Counted from the whole stretch's first letter, positions 1-11,909 are shown. The stretch is 63,976 nucleotides of DNA, filler included, from Craspedostauros australis (GCA_030167865.1; 5 parts of 5 records of this genome joined end to end with filler, not necessarily neighbours in it), one strand, 5' to 3'. The notes: generated from the sequence alone by a model not told the origin. Made by a program: numbers and translations.

Positions 1-75
1 GACTCGCCCAACATCCATCTTTTCACCGATTCCTCGTGATGTTTTACACACTGCGTGTTTTGTCGCGTTATTCTT
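1..75. repeat. Left inverted repeat arm (partial)
   Basis: gactcgcccaacatccatcttttcaccgattcctcgtgatgttttacacactgcgtgttttgtcgcgttattctt matches the reverse complement of 3570-3644 with one mismatch. Confidence 0.95.
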
Positions 76-1859
76 CCAACCCAATAACACATGGTGCATT
101 TCCCTCTCGTATTAATATAATAATAATAATAAAAATAACAATAACAATAACCCACAACAATTAAACCTATAATAGGGAGTGCCTGAGGGCTTTAGCCTCG
201 CCCGCACATGCCTGGCTGCACCAGGTAGGTCGAGTATGTCACGAATATATGCACTCCTGTCATTTCCGCGTTTTAACAGCCACAGACCCAGGTGCCTGTA
301 CACTGCGCAACCTGGGGGATTGTGTAGCCCCACACAGGGCGCTGGAGGTGGCCCTTGTATCCTGGAGCACCATCACCAGGCCACGATGCACGCACCCCCA
401 GCTGAACAGCAGTGAGTCACCCCCATAGACCATGTGCGGACGTGGGTGTCGCCGTCCGGACTCCTGGCCTCCTGTCCAATCCGATTCTGTCCAGTCCTGT
501 AGTCACCCGCACGCTCATCCCCTGTTGCCTGCCCTGCGCCATCAGACCGCTCAATGCCACCCTCCAGCCCAGACCTTCCACCGCTCTGCGCGCTTCCATG
601 AAACAGAACTTTGTCTCGTACCACCCAACCAAAACGCAGCCAGGCTTTCCGGGCGTCATCCTCCGTCACCACACCAGCCTCGCCTCCGCGATGGGCCATG
701 GCTTGATCCAGCTGTTGCCAACCAGCAAAACCAAGACTGCGCTCCGCAGCTTCATAGCTCGCCTCGCAATCTCCCTTTCGCATTGCCTGTCAGTGTCTTC
801 TACACACCCGTTGGATTTCATCTTTCTCCATCTGCATCCGTTCTGATGTTCATTCCATCTGAACCCCTTCCGATCCTTGTTCCACACTGTCGTCTGCATA
901 CCTACGAACCATTGCTGCCTTCTACACTCTGTATCACTCTGCTGCATCATGTGTGCTTCAACATCCCTTCTATCACTCGTGAAACGGAGTGTTGACTGGA
1001 CTGATGACGACAGCGACGACAACCACCTCGACCCCAACTGCGTTGACGACACCTTTGACAGTGATCGAGTACTTCGTTCTCCTGATAGCTGAAAGCGACG
1101 AGGACATTCATAGCGTGTTGGAATCCAACGCCATCAGCGCTGATAACATTGATGCTGATGTTGATCGAAGTGGTGATTCCTACATTGCCAAGNGTGGATC
1201 ATGAGGAAACCTTCTTCCATCCATGACAACGCCAACCGCCAATGCCTCTACCAAAAATTTCAGCGCAACTACTGCAGGTGATGCTGCGTCCACAACAAAC
1301 ACAAGCACCCCATGCAAAGAGCACAACCAATCAGAGGCAGAATGGCTGGCAAGCATGGATCTCGTTGGCTCCTTCTTGATCCCGACAATGAAGAGTTCCC
1401 AGTTTTGGTGGGGAATGCCCGTCGGTACATATACGAATTGCTTCTTGGTGAGGTTCATCAACTCAGCTGTACCACCACAGATTGTTGTGGTTCCCCAACC
1501 CATCCATTTCAATACCCAGTTGATCAACCTGATCTTAGGTCTTGGATCTCTGCCTCGTCTTGGCATGGCGGCTCTCAGACATGTCGATCGCACTCCGCAA
1601 ACGCAGAGTTCAGATCTATGAATCCGGTTGCATCGGAAGACGATGAGCAAGCATCGCAGACTGACAAAGTGGGAGCAGAGGAGGAGTATTCCACCAACAA
1701 TCAATCCCACACCAGCATTATTGAAACGAACCAATCTACACAAACTACTGCACCATCAGCGACACCAGCCGCAGCCAGTGATCCTCTGGTGGCCGGGCTG
1801 ATGACCATGACAGCAGACGATACAAATCCGGACGTGGCAGAGGTCCATTGCTCCGCAGA

Positions 1860-2408
1860 CTTCCAGAACCTGAAGAGCCTGAAAAACAAACATGCCAAAA
1901 CAGCGCTGATGCCATGGTTCATGACACCACAGAAAGGTCAGGCGAACAGGTATGCCAGACTCGGCCACATGNNNNNNNNNNNNNNNNNNNNNNNNNNNNN
2001 NNNNNNNNNNNNNNNNNNNNNCAAGTGGCAATGGACTGCCAGGGCATGCTTGGAGGAAGCAGCCAATTCAGTGCAGCATTTAGGGTGGGCCTGGTGAAGA
2101 AGGGCAGCAAAGGCTACACTCGCGCATCTGCCAACTTCATCGGTATTGTTGGAGACCCCATAGGCGATGCAACAGACGAAGCTGTTATCGTGGAAATGAA
2201 AACAAGGACAACAGCCGAAACGCAAAGGGAGGAAGAGGCGCATCAGACAAAAGCACACTGGGTCCATGGCATCCCAAGCACCATCCACGTATTCTTGGAG
2301 TCGCGCAGCCCTTCATATCGAGCATTGATCAAAGCAGATGAAGAGATGCTGCAGGTTTCACATCACATTTATATATGGTGTGAAAGGGAGTGTTTTGGTG
2401 ATCGGTGA
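1860..2408 (+). pseudogene. YqaJ / lambda-exonuclease-like PD-(D/E)XK nuclease remnant
   Basis: Motif order across two frames and a gap: LMPWFMTP...YARLGH (GxxxE helix), FRVGLV...RASANFIG (ASxDG position), IVEMKT (ExK), MLQVSHH (QxxH/Y). Catalytic D appears as N, so degenerate. Confidence 0.55.
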
Positions 2409-2599
2409 GTGCGTTTGCGTCACTCAGAACTGCTATTCCTACCCGCTCCTTCCTTCGAATCGCGATTACTACAACCATGCCAGACTTTGTCCTCATGTCA
2501 ACCAATACAATGTTTGTACAATTCATTCCCTTTGTATGCTTGTCCTCCTCCCTGCATTCGGAGGAGGAGACGAAGCTTCCAAAACAATTACACGAGGGA

Positions 2600-2836
2600 G
2601 AGCACATATCATGGTACAACCCGAACAGAAGAGGAACTTGCATTGTATGTTCAGCCAGGACGAGATGGATTTGCCCTGGGTGCTACATTCATGCTTGTGG
2701 CTTCATGAAGCGGGAGAGACAGGAGTGGCTGAACAAATGTGGCATCGCACTCACTGTGGCTTTGAAGAAAGTCGCAAAAGGAGAAGATGCGGTGATCATA
2801 CAAAAACTCTTGCCACCAAATTGCTCACCAAGATGA
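2600..2836 (+). pseudogene. piggyBac-type C-terminal Cys-rich zinc-finger coding segment
   Basis: H-ISWYNPN-RRGTCIVCSARTRWICPGCYIHAC fits the RxxCxxC-T-x2-CxxC-x3-C pattern of piggyBac transposase CRDs. Confidence 0.55.
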
Positions 2837-3569
2837 AGCAGGGTGGGCAGACAAGGTACAAGCGCAGCTCGGAAGAGAGAAGTTAGCAGCAGCAGTGCCG
2901 AATGCTGTGGAGACTGTACCCGCCAAAGGTGGAGAAGCAAATGGTAGTGGAGAAAAACAGCAGGAGCAACTGCAGGCACGGACAGCAAAGCACCTGCAAT
3001 CGAAGAAACTATCAGAGGCGAGCAGCAACATGCGGAAGCAAGCCTCACACACACTTATCAAGAACCAATCGGAGATAAGAGGAGAACAATCCAGAGGAGA
3101 AGAAGCAGCAACCATCGAAGAGTAGGTCATGAACGCTAGCCCTGGATGTAGTAGAGGAGAGACAATGAGCGTGTCGGAAGCAATGGAAGCTCTTCAACGA
3201 GAGGAAGATGAGGACAAATTTGATGACGTGGATGCATCAACGGCAAAGTGGGCACAAACAAGCCAATGCACCACAGGAGTAGCAAGCGAGCTCAGTAGGA
3301 CACAAACAATATGATCTGTGCATAGGTCGGCAGCCGAGGCGAGGCTGAACAGCAGAACAGAATTGCTGTACTTGCACAGTCGAAATGGGCGGAAAATAGT
3401 GAGATAGATGAACTAATAATAATGCGTGTAACCCCAGGCTTCTGCCACAGTACATGTATGTGCAATATCCTCTATAACGCTAGTACCAGACGTAGTACAC
3501 ACCACCAATACAACAAAGGTTACAACGCATTGGAAAGAGAAGCTGCAACGTCGGGACAGTTTATGTCGT

Positions 3570-3644
3570 AAGAATAACACGACAAAACACGCAGTGTGTA
3601 AAACATCACGAGGAATCGGTGAAAAGATGGATGTTGGGCGAGTC
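3570..3644. repeat. Right inverted repeat arm
   Basis: aagaataacacgacaaaacacgcagtgtgtaaaacatcacgaggaatcggtgaaaagatggatgttgggcgagtc is the reverse complement of 1-75. Confidence 0.95.
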
Positions 3645-3694
3645 GAACTAATCCAATCTCAGAGAGGGGGTAATCTGACGAGTCATTTTGTGCT

Positions 3695-3789
3695 CGTAAG
3701 TGGATTGGTGAGTCCACTTACGTAACTGGATCGGTGAGTCCACTTACTGCGAAGGTGGCAAAATAAGTGGATCGGTGAGTCCACTTACG
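3695..3789. repeat. Three copies of a ~28 bp hairpin-forming repeat
   Basis: cgtaagtgga-ttggtgag-tccacttacg (3695-3722), cgtaactggatcggtgagtccacttac (3721-3747), taagtggatcggtgagtccacttacg (3764-3789); copy 1 has a perfect 10 bp stem and 8 nt loop. Confidence 0.9.
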
Positions 3790-4142
3790 AGAACACCGCA
3801 CAAAATTTTCCTTACGGATATCCCGGTTTGTTTCTGCACAATGACAACACCCACATGCGACCTAGGCTTTCAATGTGACAATGCAATCTTATGTGGCTAT
3901 GCGATTGATTGCCACGATGTCACGTCATCACTGACAGTTCCCATGTTCCACCATACCAATACAGAATAGAGCAGAATGGATTAGAATACAGAAGACCACT
4001 CTTCTATTCCACGGTCAGCCACATTGAACCAAATCAAGCCACAGAGTGGCGTAGAGCAGCTCGCATTGATGGATTGGTACCAGCCGCCAGCCTTTAGGAT
4101 CCATGCTGGCACTTGTCGAAAGCAAATGCCACTCCATACTCC

Positions 4143-4772
4143 CTACAGCTTCCACATCTTCAGAAACAACTGCGATTCCCCAATGAAGGCCTTCCCGGCA
4201 GCCTTCGTGCAAATCTGCGACTCATGCCCGCCGTCGGATGCTTCACCGCTGCTCTTCCGTTCCAATCCTTTGCGCCTTGCGCTTAGCATGGCAGGATACG
4301 GTGCGTGCCCTCGACGACTCTTCAGCTTACGCACTTTGCCGCCACCTCTGCTATTCTCCATCAATCGCGTAGCATTCACTTTGTGTTGGGCTTCCTTGAT
4401 TTCGTTGTCACTGCCCATCTTGGTGCTGCAGCTTGTGGTGTCGTCTTTCTTATCATTCAGAAGGCTCGCGATTGCGGAGATCTGGGGATTGCTGGCAAAA
4501 TCACTGGGTAGCGTGTCCATGAACAGCGGGCAAAAATTCGCGTTGCTGTTGGCATTGCTGCTGCTGCCGCAATCATTCTCATCATTGTCATCGCCTTCTT
4601 GCTTGTCGCTGGTCATGTTCTGCGACGCCAAGCCTCTAGTTGCCACAACCGCTGCTGTCATCGCTTGATTGTCCTTTGCTGCCGTTGCTGTTGCTGCTGT
4701 GACTGCTGCTGTGCTTGTTGTTCTATTTGAATTGTCATGACCTGAGTTGTCTTCCATGTTGCTACACTCCAT
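4143..4772 (-). CDS. Hypothetical protein with a Cns1/TTC4 N-terminus-like PLFMxxLP motif
   Basis: Open frame with FCPLFMDTLPSDFASNPQISAIASLL and C-terminal GESQLFLKMWKL between low-complexity stretches; start codon uncertain. Confidence 0.5.
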   Translation of the reverse strand: MECSNMEDNSGHDNSNRTTSTAAVTAATATAAKDNQAMTAAVVATRGLASQNMTSDKQEGDDNDENDCGSSSNANSNANFCPLFMDTLPSDFASNPQISAIASLLNDKKDDTTSCSTKMGSDNEIKEAQHKVNATRLMENSRGGGKVRKLKSRRGHAPYPAMLSARRKGLERKSSGEASDGGHESQICTKAAGKAFIGESQLFLKMWKL

Positions 4773-5019
4773 GGATGATGCCACCAGCAAATCATTCTGT
4801 TCGGTTGGCGGATAGAGCAAAGCAACCAGAGGTGCATGTCCGTGCAGAACGTGCCACGACAGTTGGATGCTGGTACTGCTGCTGGTGTTGGTGGTGGTAT
4901 TGCCTTTGTTGATAATAGAGCCCAAACATAATGGCTGTTGTCTTGTTGGCTGTTGTTAGCTGTAGGGCAGAGGCTTGATTGACAAGCAGGTCCAAACAAG
5001 AGTCTTCTGTTCCACAAGT

Positions 5020-5900
5020 AGTCGATTGAGAATACTGGTAGATGGTGAAGAAACGTGCGGATTATGAGATTAGTGCTATGGTTCTTCCCTGCGGGGAGGG
5101 TCTCTTGTGGTGTCCTGAGTGACAGTGTGTATGGGTCACATGGCCCAAGTACCGTGGGTTGAGATCCCTTGGCTGAGTTCTGTGAGAGACAAGGGGGATG
5201 ATGTGTGTTGCTGGGGCACTGTTTCCATGTGTCAGCAATTTGGCGAGGATGGGTTTCAGTGGCCTGGTTATCGGAACTCTTCTGGTTCCTTGACACATGT
5301 TCCAAAGATCTGCTTCAATGTTCTGGATCAGTCCCCAAACGTGGGGGCCGGCGAGGTGTGCATTCGATCTACTGGACTGCTGACAGGTCAGATGGTTCGT
5401 AGTGTCTCTCTCTAAGGTAGGTACTAGTTTAGCTCTATTAAGACTATCGTAAATCATCCAGAGTGCTACTCCAACTTTCATGCCAATTTCGATCCGCATG
5501 ATGTGGCTGTGGTGCAGCTTTTCAGAAGCTTTCAAATACACTTGCTTCCTCTCATGAAGAAGGAAGAACAAAGGCGGTGTGCTGATGGCCGTTGGATGGA
5601 CCATAACTACACGAGCGATCCAACCACAAGCACAACAGAGCTACGATAGGCAGCAGTCTGCTCTGTCGCGCACTCAATTGACAAGTGCCAGGATGCCGCT
5701 AGCGTGGTTTGGAACAGCAACACTCATTGGATCCACAAATCAAGGAAATCTCCTGATCGGCATTGGGAACTTCTCTCCTGGTTCGTCATCTTTGTCAGCT
5801 GCATGGCTAGCCGTGCGGTATCTGGTGTGCGCCTTGTGCGATATCATCGATAGACTGTCACAGCAACAACAAGGCACAGCAGCAGTTCATCTCGCTAAGT
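5020..5900 (+). mobile_element. Possible highly decayed Ambal-like non-LTR (RT/RNase H) relic
   Basis: Scattered fragments VPWVEIPWLSSVRD and GWTITT...STTELR resemble Ambal post-RT and RNase H segments; many stops and frameshifts. Confidence 0.25.
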
Positions 5901-5980
5901 CAAGTTGTCATGGAGTACTACAATCCATGCATGAAGTCTGCGGAGTCTGCATCTCTTTCTCACACACCTCTTTCCACATC

Positions 5981-6142
5981 ATGGAAAACCGCATGATCGG
6001 CGCTGACGACGATGACAGCGGTGGCCAGCCCATCGTCTTTGTGCCACACTGCCCGATGATACCGCACATGAACGTGCTGGACACCAGCCGGGATCACATG
6101 CAGCACAGCGTCGGGGTCATCAGCAAGGCAACGGCGGACTAG
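5981..6142 (+). pseudogene. SRR1-domain-like fragment
   Basis: QPIVFVPHCPMIPHMNVLDT...VGVIS resembles the SRR1 LFxMPHCP-x3-Y-xNxL motif; short and isolated. Confidence 0.3.
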
Positions 6143-6407
6143 GCGAACCTGCTGCTGTTAGAAGATCACGCGTTGCGGTCCAGCCAGGCTGTGCTGCGAA
6201 CGATGCGATCGTGCGCAGAATAACACGTCACGGCATGCCAGGTGCAACATTGGATGCATCATTGATTGCCTCCTTACACAATGGATACTACTCTGACTAC
6301 TAATTTTACGCATCAACTCTACTCCATCATTCGTTCACTTCTCAGTCTGCTGTTGGTGTGGTTCGCTCCTCTTCCTCAGCAGGGCCGTCCACCTCAATCA
6401 CTTCGGA

Positions 6408-8112
6408 TCAATTGGTACTCATGGAGCGGACGAAGTACACCAATGTCGCCCGATCCATGTGTGCATCCACATGTACTATACCCTCATCTCATCTACAACC
6501 TTGTACAGGTCCAGCATGAACATACAACTGTACTCATCATCGATACCATCACTCTTGGCTCTCCCACTGCAAAACATCTGGATCTCCGTCATCAGTTGGG
6601 GTTGTAGAATCAGCTTGCTTAAATCTAGATGAGTGAACACATCTTTCTCCCTTTCAGCTGCCATTCTCATTGCCACATCCTTCAGCACCACACAGTTGTG
6701 TTGAGGGGCGAATAGCAATGCATCTATCATGTTGTCCTCTGTGAGATGCTTGTGGGCCAACTCTGCTTCAAGAACAAGCTTGAGTCGCCAGAAGTCGAAC
6801 TTGTTGGCCACAAGGATCAGCTGTTGCAGATCGTGCTGTCCAGTGAGAATGAGAGTTGGCAGGTGAGAGGCATCTGCATCGTGGTGGGCGTCAGTGTGAG
6901 CGCTGGTGTGAGCGCCGACGCGAGCAGCAGTGTTTTCACGAACGCTGTCATCAAAGGATATCTCGCCTGTGTAGATGCATTGGAGGACGTATCGGACATG
7001 GTTTGGGTTGAAGGTTGGGAAGAGAGACAGTGACTTGCATGGGACCGTGCCGTCTCCGGTGCCATCATTCATGTGCTGATGTTGGATTTCTTTGTCGATC
7101 AGTGTCTCAATGGATGGGACGGTGATCATGAGGACTTTGGCGTTTGCCTTGATTGGTTGTTGTTGGTTGCCCTGTCCACACAAGAAGATGGTGTCTGACC
7201 TGTTCTTGGTGTGGAAGGATCTGAGCCAGTCTTCTGCAATGCGATGTTGGTCCTCTTGTGGCTGCTGTGTTTGTGTTCATTCTCTTGCCTCTTTCGCTTC
7301 AACTGTTGTCCCAACTGTTCTTGTGATTGTTCATTCTCTTGTTCGTTTTGTTGTAAGCGTTGCTGCAGTTATTGCAGTTGTGGGTGAGCTGAAGGCGAAA
7401 GTCCTCTGATGAGGGACTCCATACACTCCAGTTGGCCGCTGTCGCATGCGTTATCAAGGGGAGTGATACCATAGTTGTTTTGGCAGTTGATGTTCGCCCC
7501 ACATGATTTGATGAGGTACTTCACACACTCCAGGTGGCCGTTGCGGCATGCCCAATGAAGGGGAGTGTGACCATAGTTGTTTTGGCAGTTGATGTTCGCT
7601 CCACCTGATTTGGTGAGGTACTCCACGCACTCCGGTTTGCCGTCGTAGCATGTGTGATGAAGGGGAGTCCAACCATTGTTGTCTTTGCAGTTGATGTTCG
7701 CCTCACATGATTCGATGAGGTACTCCACACACTCCAGGCGGCCACACTTGCATGCCCGATGAAGGGGAGTCCAACCTCGGTTGTCTTTGCGGTTGATGTT
7801 CGCCTCACATGATTCGATGAGGTACTTCACACACTCCAGGTGGCCGTTGTGGCATGCCCAATGAAGGGGAGTGGCACCATGCTTGGTTTTGCAGTTGATG
7901 TTCACCCCACATGATTCGATGAGGTACTTCACACACTCCAGGTGGCCCTTGTAGCATGCCCAATGAAGGGGGGTCCGACCAGCCCGGTCTTTGACCTTGT
8001 TGACATCAACTCCTTCATCCTGCGCCTTGTTCTGCTTCTTCCATTCCTTCAACACCGACAAGTCACCTTCCCCGGCAGCATCAATGAGTTGTTGGTCTGT
8101 GACATTCGGCAT
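6408..8112 (-). pseudogene. Ankyrin repeat - coiled coil - BTB/POZ(BACK) protein pseudogene
   Basis: About six 34-aa ankyrin repeats (TPLHWAC..GHLECVKYLI); in-frame TAA at 7369-7371; frame continues LQQRLQQNEQE; frameshift near 7275 into SDTIFLC..VLQCIYTG..ANKFDFWRLKL..DALLFA..CVVLK (BTB); a further frameshift near 6480 before GIVHVDAHMDRATLV. Confidence 0.8.
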
Positions 8113-9519
8113 TTTGAGAGGATGGTCGAAGGTTGATGGTTGATGGTTGCTGGACGATTGACGTTGGACGATTGGTGTTGGTTTGGCTGTCGAGGAAGCG
8201 CGTAGTCTGAGCTATCTACTATAAGGCTGGAATATTGATCATGTGTCTCCAATAGCTTGTATTAGGATGAGTACCATGCACTGTGTGATGAATAGTCGTA
8301 TGAGTGGCAATTCGATGTCTGTTGTTGATGTGCTCGAGTATGGGGTTGTGTGGTGTGTGTCGTTGCCTTGTTGTCTTGGTCGCATGGTCCTCTGTTTGTC
8401 TCTTTCTCTCTCTTTCTCTCTCTTTCGCTCTTTGTGCGCCAGTGGCAGCGGAACTTGTGTTATCATGGGTGCATCGAATGCGATCTTGAGGTCTCATCAC
8501 TCAAACGAGTCGTGTGAGTGTGAGGAGGGGTTCGCGACTCCACTTTGTCACATGCGTGTGCGTATCCTTCACTCAGAAATGTTCGCCATTTGCATTCGCT
8601 GAGCTTCTCCTCCAAGAAGACAACAACATGGTGAGAACAAGAACGACACCGAGCGTGAGGAAAAACACGGCGTGGGATGAGCACTCGTTTGATGATCATG
8701 GATGCCCCATTGCACCACCACCACGGAACTGACAACGCTGCAACAAACACAGTGATGATGTGCATACGAGTAGAAGTGCTGTCAGCAGAAGTGTTACCAA
8801 CAGAAGTATCGACCAACAAGTAGAGAGATTCGAAGTATTTGCATCAGTGGCCGGAGATCCCACGGCACCAACACTTCCGCCATGTTCTTCCTCTCGTCCA
8901 TGTACACGCAGAGAATTGCATTCAGGAGGAACATCAGTCGCCATGGCGTTACGAGGACGCAACCGATCCATCGTACCTTCCTGGAAAACAGATGAGAACA
9001 ACAGCAGCAGCAGCAGCGCTGAAGGGGGCCGTGGCCGATTTCGGGCACGATCCAACACGGAACACCAGCGGTTTCTCCAGATTCGTGTTGACTCGCATTC
9101 TTTGCAACATAGTCGTACCACGCTCGCAGGATCCTCGATCGTCTCCACGTTCCAAGGATGTTGGTATGATGATGACTTCCGACACCTTCGCCCATGATCA
9201 CGTTCAAGCCAATGTTCAAGCTGATGTTCACGTTGATGCCAAAGTTGATCGGGTGATCACAGCGACATCGCGGTAACAATGTGAAATGAGAAACATCGTG
9301 AAACAACAATCAACGCAATGCCATGCACGCTGCGTGAAACGGAGCATGAGATACCACCACCAACGACCATGAAACAGAAGATGATCGCTTCATAACAAGC
9401 AGATAGAGATGAGATCAAGCGACTACGATCAGCCAAGCAATCATTCAATCACATAAAAGGCCCGTCGCATTGATCTGATCTGAGCAATAAATCATCCCAT
9501 CTCGAAACGAAGCTCCACC

Positions 9520-11499
9520 ATGGTCGTCATCCTTCCACGACTACTGGTCAAGCTTACTTCTGCAACACGCATCCGCAACCTCCGGGCTTTGTCAACACAA
9601 ACCACAAAATGGTCGTCTCCCTTCCCGCTCAAGTCTACCCCTGGTGATGCGTCCAGCCCGACCATCACCAACCAGGATCTTCTGCACGCCGCAGAACGAG
9701 GAGATGTGGACACCCTCACCGCATGGAAGACAGCATTTCCACAAACCTCCATCGACACGATCAAGGATCACCGTGACAAGACTTCACTCCACCTCGCATG
9801 CTCCAACGGCCAGCTTGAAACGATCAAACAGTTGATGGAGTCATGCGGAACAGACATCAATGCCCAATCCATGGATGGAGAGACTGCGCTACACTATGCA
9901 TGCGCACAGGGCAACGTCGACGTCGTGGAATACCTGGCCGGGTCGCATACCGCAAATATCAACCTCCTGGACACCTCCGGGAAGGTGGCACTCCACGACG
10001 CTTGCACCGAGGGGCATGTGGCCATCGTGAAGACTCTCATCGAGTCATATTCTGCAAGCGCTCTCGTCCAAGATGACAAGGGTGAGAATGCCCTCCATGC
10101 TGCATGTCTTCATGGACACTTGGATGTTGTCGGGTACCTCGTTGGATCATGTGGAGTGGACGTCAATGTGCAAGATGATTTCGGCAACACTGCGATCCAC
10201 AATGCGTGTCTGAAAGGTCATCTTGATATCTTGAAGTATGTGATGGAGGCTCGTACTGTGGCTATCGACGTCCAGAACAATGACGGCGATACCGCACTTC
10301 ATGTTGCTTACAGAAATGGCCATTTGGATGTTGCAGAGTACCTAGTGAAGTCGTGCAAGGCAGATATTCATGTTGAGAATGACGCTGGCGGCACGGCTCT
10401 TCAGTCTGCATATTCCAAAGGTCATCTGGATGTTGTGAGATGGTTGGTGGAGTCAGGTCAGGTGGATATCAATGCCAAAGACCGGAATGGCGACACTGCC
10501 CTTCACTGCACAAGTGCTGGAGGCCATCTGGGTATGGTGGAGTACTTGTTGAACTCAGACGACCTGAAGGCGGATGGCAACGCCAAGAACAACGATGGCA
10601 ACACTGCCCTTCACTGCGCAAGTGCTGGAGGTCATCTGGATGTGGTGAAGCATTTGGTGGACTCAGGCAACGCGATCATCGATGTCAGCGCAGAGAACAA
10701 GGCTGGCAACACTGCACTCCATCTTGCAACCGCGGATGGACATCTGGATGTTGTGAAGTGGCTGTTTGAAAGAGGCGAAGCCAACATCAATGCTGAGAAT
10801 CATGAGTGCGAGACTCCACTCTACAAGGCATATTGTCACAGCCACTTCGATGTTGTCGAGTATCTCATCGGAACACCAAGCATATATCCCAACTTCCGAC
10901 ACAAGGATGGAAACACCGTTCTCCATCTCGCAAGTGGCGATGGCCATCTCGGTGTTGTGAAGCGGCTGGTTGAATCCGGCAAGGCCAATATCAACGCTGA
11001 GAACGACAAACGTGAGACTCCGATCTTCAAGACATATCGCAACAATCATTTCGACATTGTCAAGTATCTGGTCGCAGCACCAAATATCGATTTGAACGTA
11101 AAAGACAGGGATTGTCAATCGATACTCCATTGCGCAAGCGCACTTGGTCAGCTCGACGTTGTGAAGCTGTTGGTTGAACAAGGCAAGGTAGATATCAACA
11201 TCAAAACCGGCACTTTTGGCAACACTGCACTGCACCTTGCAAGCATTCATGGCAGATTGGAGGTTGTGAAGTATTTGGTGGATGTCTGCAACGCAGAAGT
11301 CAACATTCAAAACAAGTATGGCGGAACTCCACTTTGGTGGGCAAGTTACCATGGCCATTTGGAGGTGGTCAAGTACTTGGTGGAATCGTGCAACGTAGAC
11401 ATCAGCATCAAGAAGAACGATGGCGACACTGCACTGGATACTGCGAAAAATGGGGGCTGCACTGGTGTTATCGACTACTTGACCACTCTTGCTTCATAA
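9520..11499 (+). CDS. Ankyrin repeat protein (~16 repeats)
   Basis: 659-aa intact ORF of GxTALHxA..GHLDVVKYLV repeats; N-terminus rich in R/L/S/T with no acidic residues (transit-peptide-like). Confidence 0.92.
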   Translation: MVVILPRLLVKLTSATRIRNLRALSTQTTKWSSPFPLKSTPGDASSPTITNQDLLHAAERGDVDTLTAWKTAFPQTSIDTIKDHRDKTSLHLACSNGQLETIKQLMESCGTDINAQSMDGETALHYACAQGNVDVVEYLAGSHTANINLLDTSGKVALHDACTEGHVAIVKTLIESYSASALVQDDKGENALHAACLHGHLDVVGYLVGSCGVDVNVQDDFGNTAIHNACLKGHLDILKYVMEARTVAIDVQNNDGDTALHVAYRNGHLDVAEYLVKSCKADIHVENDAGGTALQSAYSKGHLDVVRWLVESGQVDINAKDRNGDTALHCTSAGGHLGMVEYLLNSDDLKADGNAKNNDGNTALHCASAGGHLDVVKHLVDSGNAIIDVSAENKAGNTALHLATADGHLDVVKWLFERGEANINAENHECETPLYKAYCHSHFDVVEYLIGTPSIYPNFRHKDGNTVLHLASGDGHLGVVKRLVESGKANINAENDKRETPIFKTYRNNHFDIVKYLVAAPNIDLNVKDRDCQSILHCASALGQLDVVKLLVEQGKVDINIKTGTFGNTALHLASIHGRLEVVKYLVDVCNAEVNIQNKYGGTPLWWASYHGHLEVVKYLVESCNVDISIKKNDGDTALDTAKNGGCTGVIDYLTTLAS

Positions 11500-11909
11500 G
11501 AGTATAGCTGGACTATGGACAAGAAGCAACCAACCACCCGTCAATGGAGTCTCGCTTAGCAGCTGTCAAATGCTTAACATCCATCGTTGACGGAAATCAG
11601 TCGTTACTGTGCTATTGTACAGTGGACTACGCTTATTGCACTATGAGAGGATGGTACGCTGTTCTGTGCTCAACATCGCTTCGTGTTGCAAGGTCATGGC
11701 ACCTCTGTCCAGCCTATGTGTTGTGATGTGTTGTAGCAGGTATGGCATTCGAATGCGCTTTGCCTCTCTTGGAGGAAAGCGGCGCCAGGATCTGAGGTTC
11801 ACGATGCATCTCGAGATGCAATCGGCGGCGTGATGCATTTGTGTTGGTGCGCTGGTGTGCTGTTGTGGCGCGCTGTGGTCGCGCCTCAATGCGCCAAGTG
11901 TCAACGTGC

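Larger units (their letters stand above)
1..3790 (+). mobile_element. Degenerate DNA-transposon-like element bounded by long inverted repeats (left end lies outside the window)
   Basis: Bases 1-75 are the reverse complement of 3570-3644 (74/75). Interior has broken ORFs with YqaJ-like nuclease motifs and a piggyBac-type Cys finger. Palindromic subrepeats at 3695-3789. Exact right terminus not defined. Confidence 0.7.

Noticed and set aside
3695..3789. CRISPR-like array of palindromic repeats
   Set aside because: Only three copies, the first two abut with no spacer, no cas genes, eukaryotic transposon context.
8628..9197. Small plus-strand gene between the ankyrin loci
   Set aside because: Interrupted by TGA at 8730-8732 and has no recognisable motif; unsupported.
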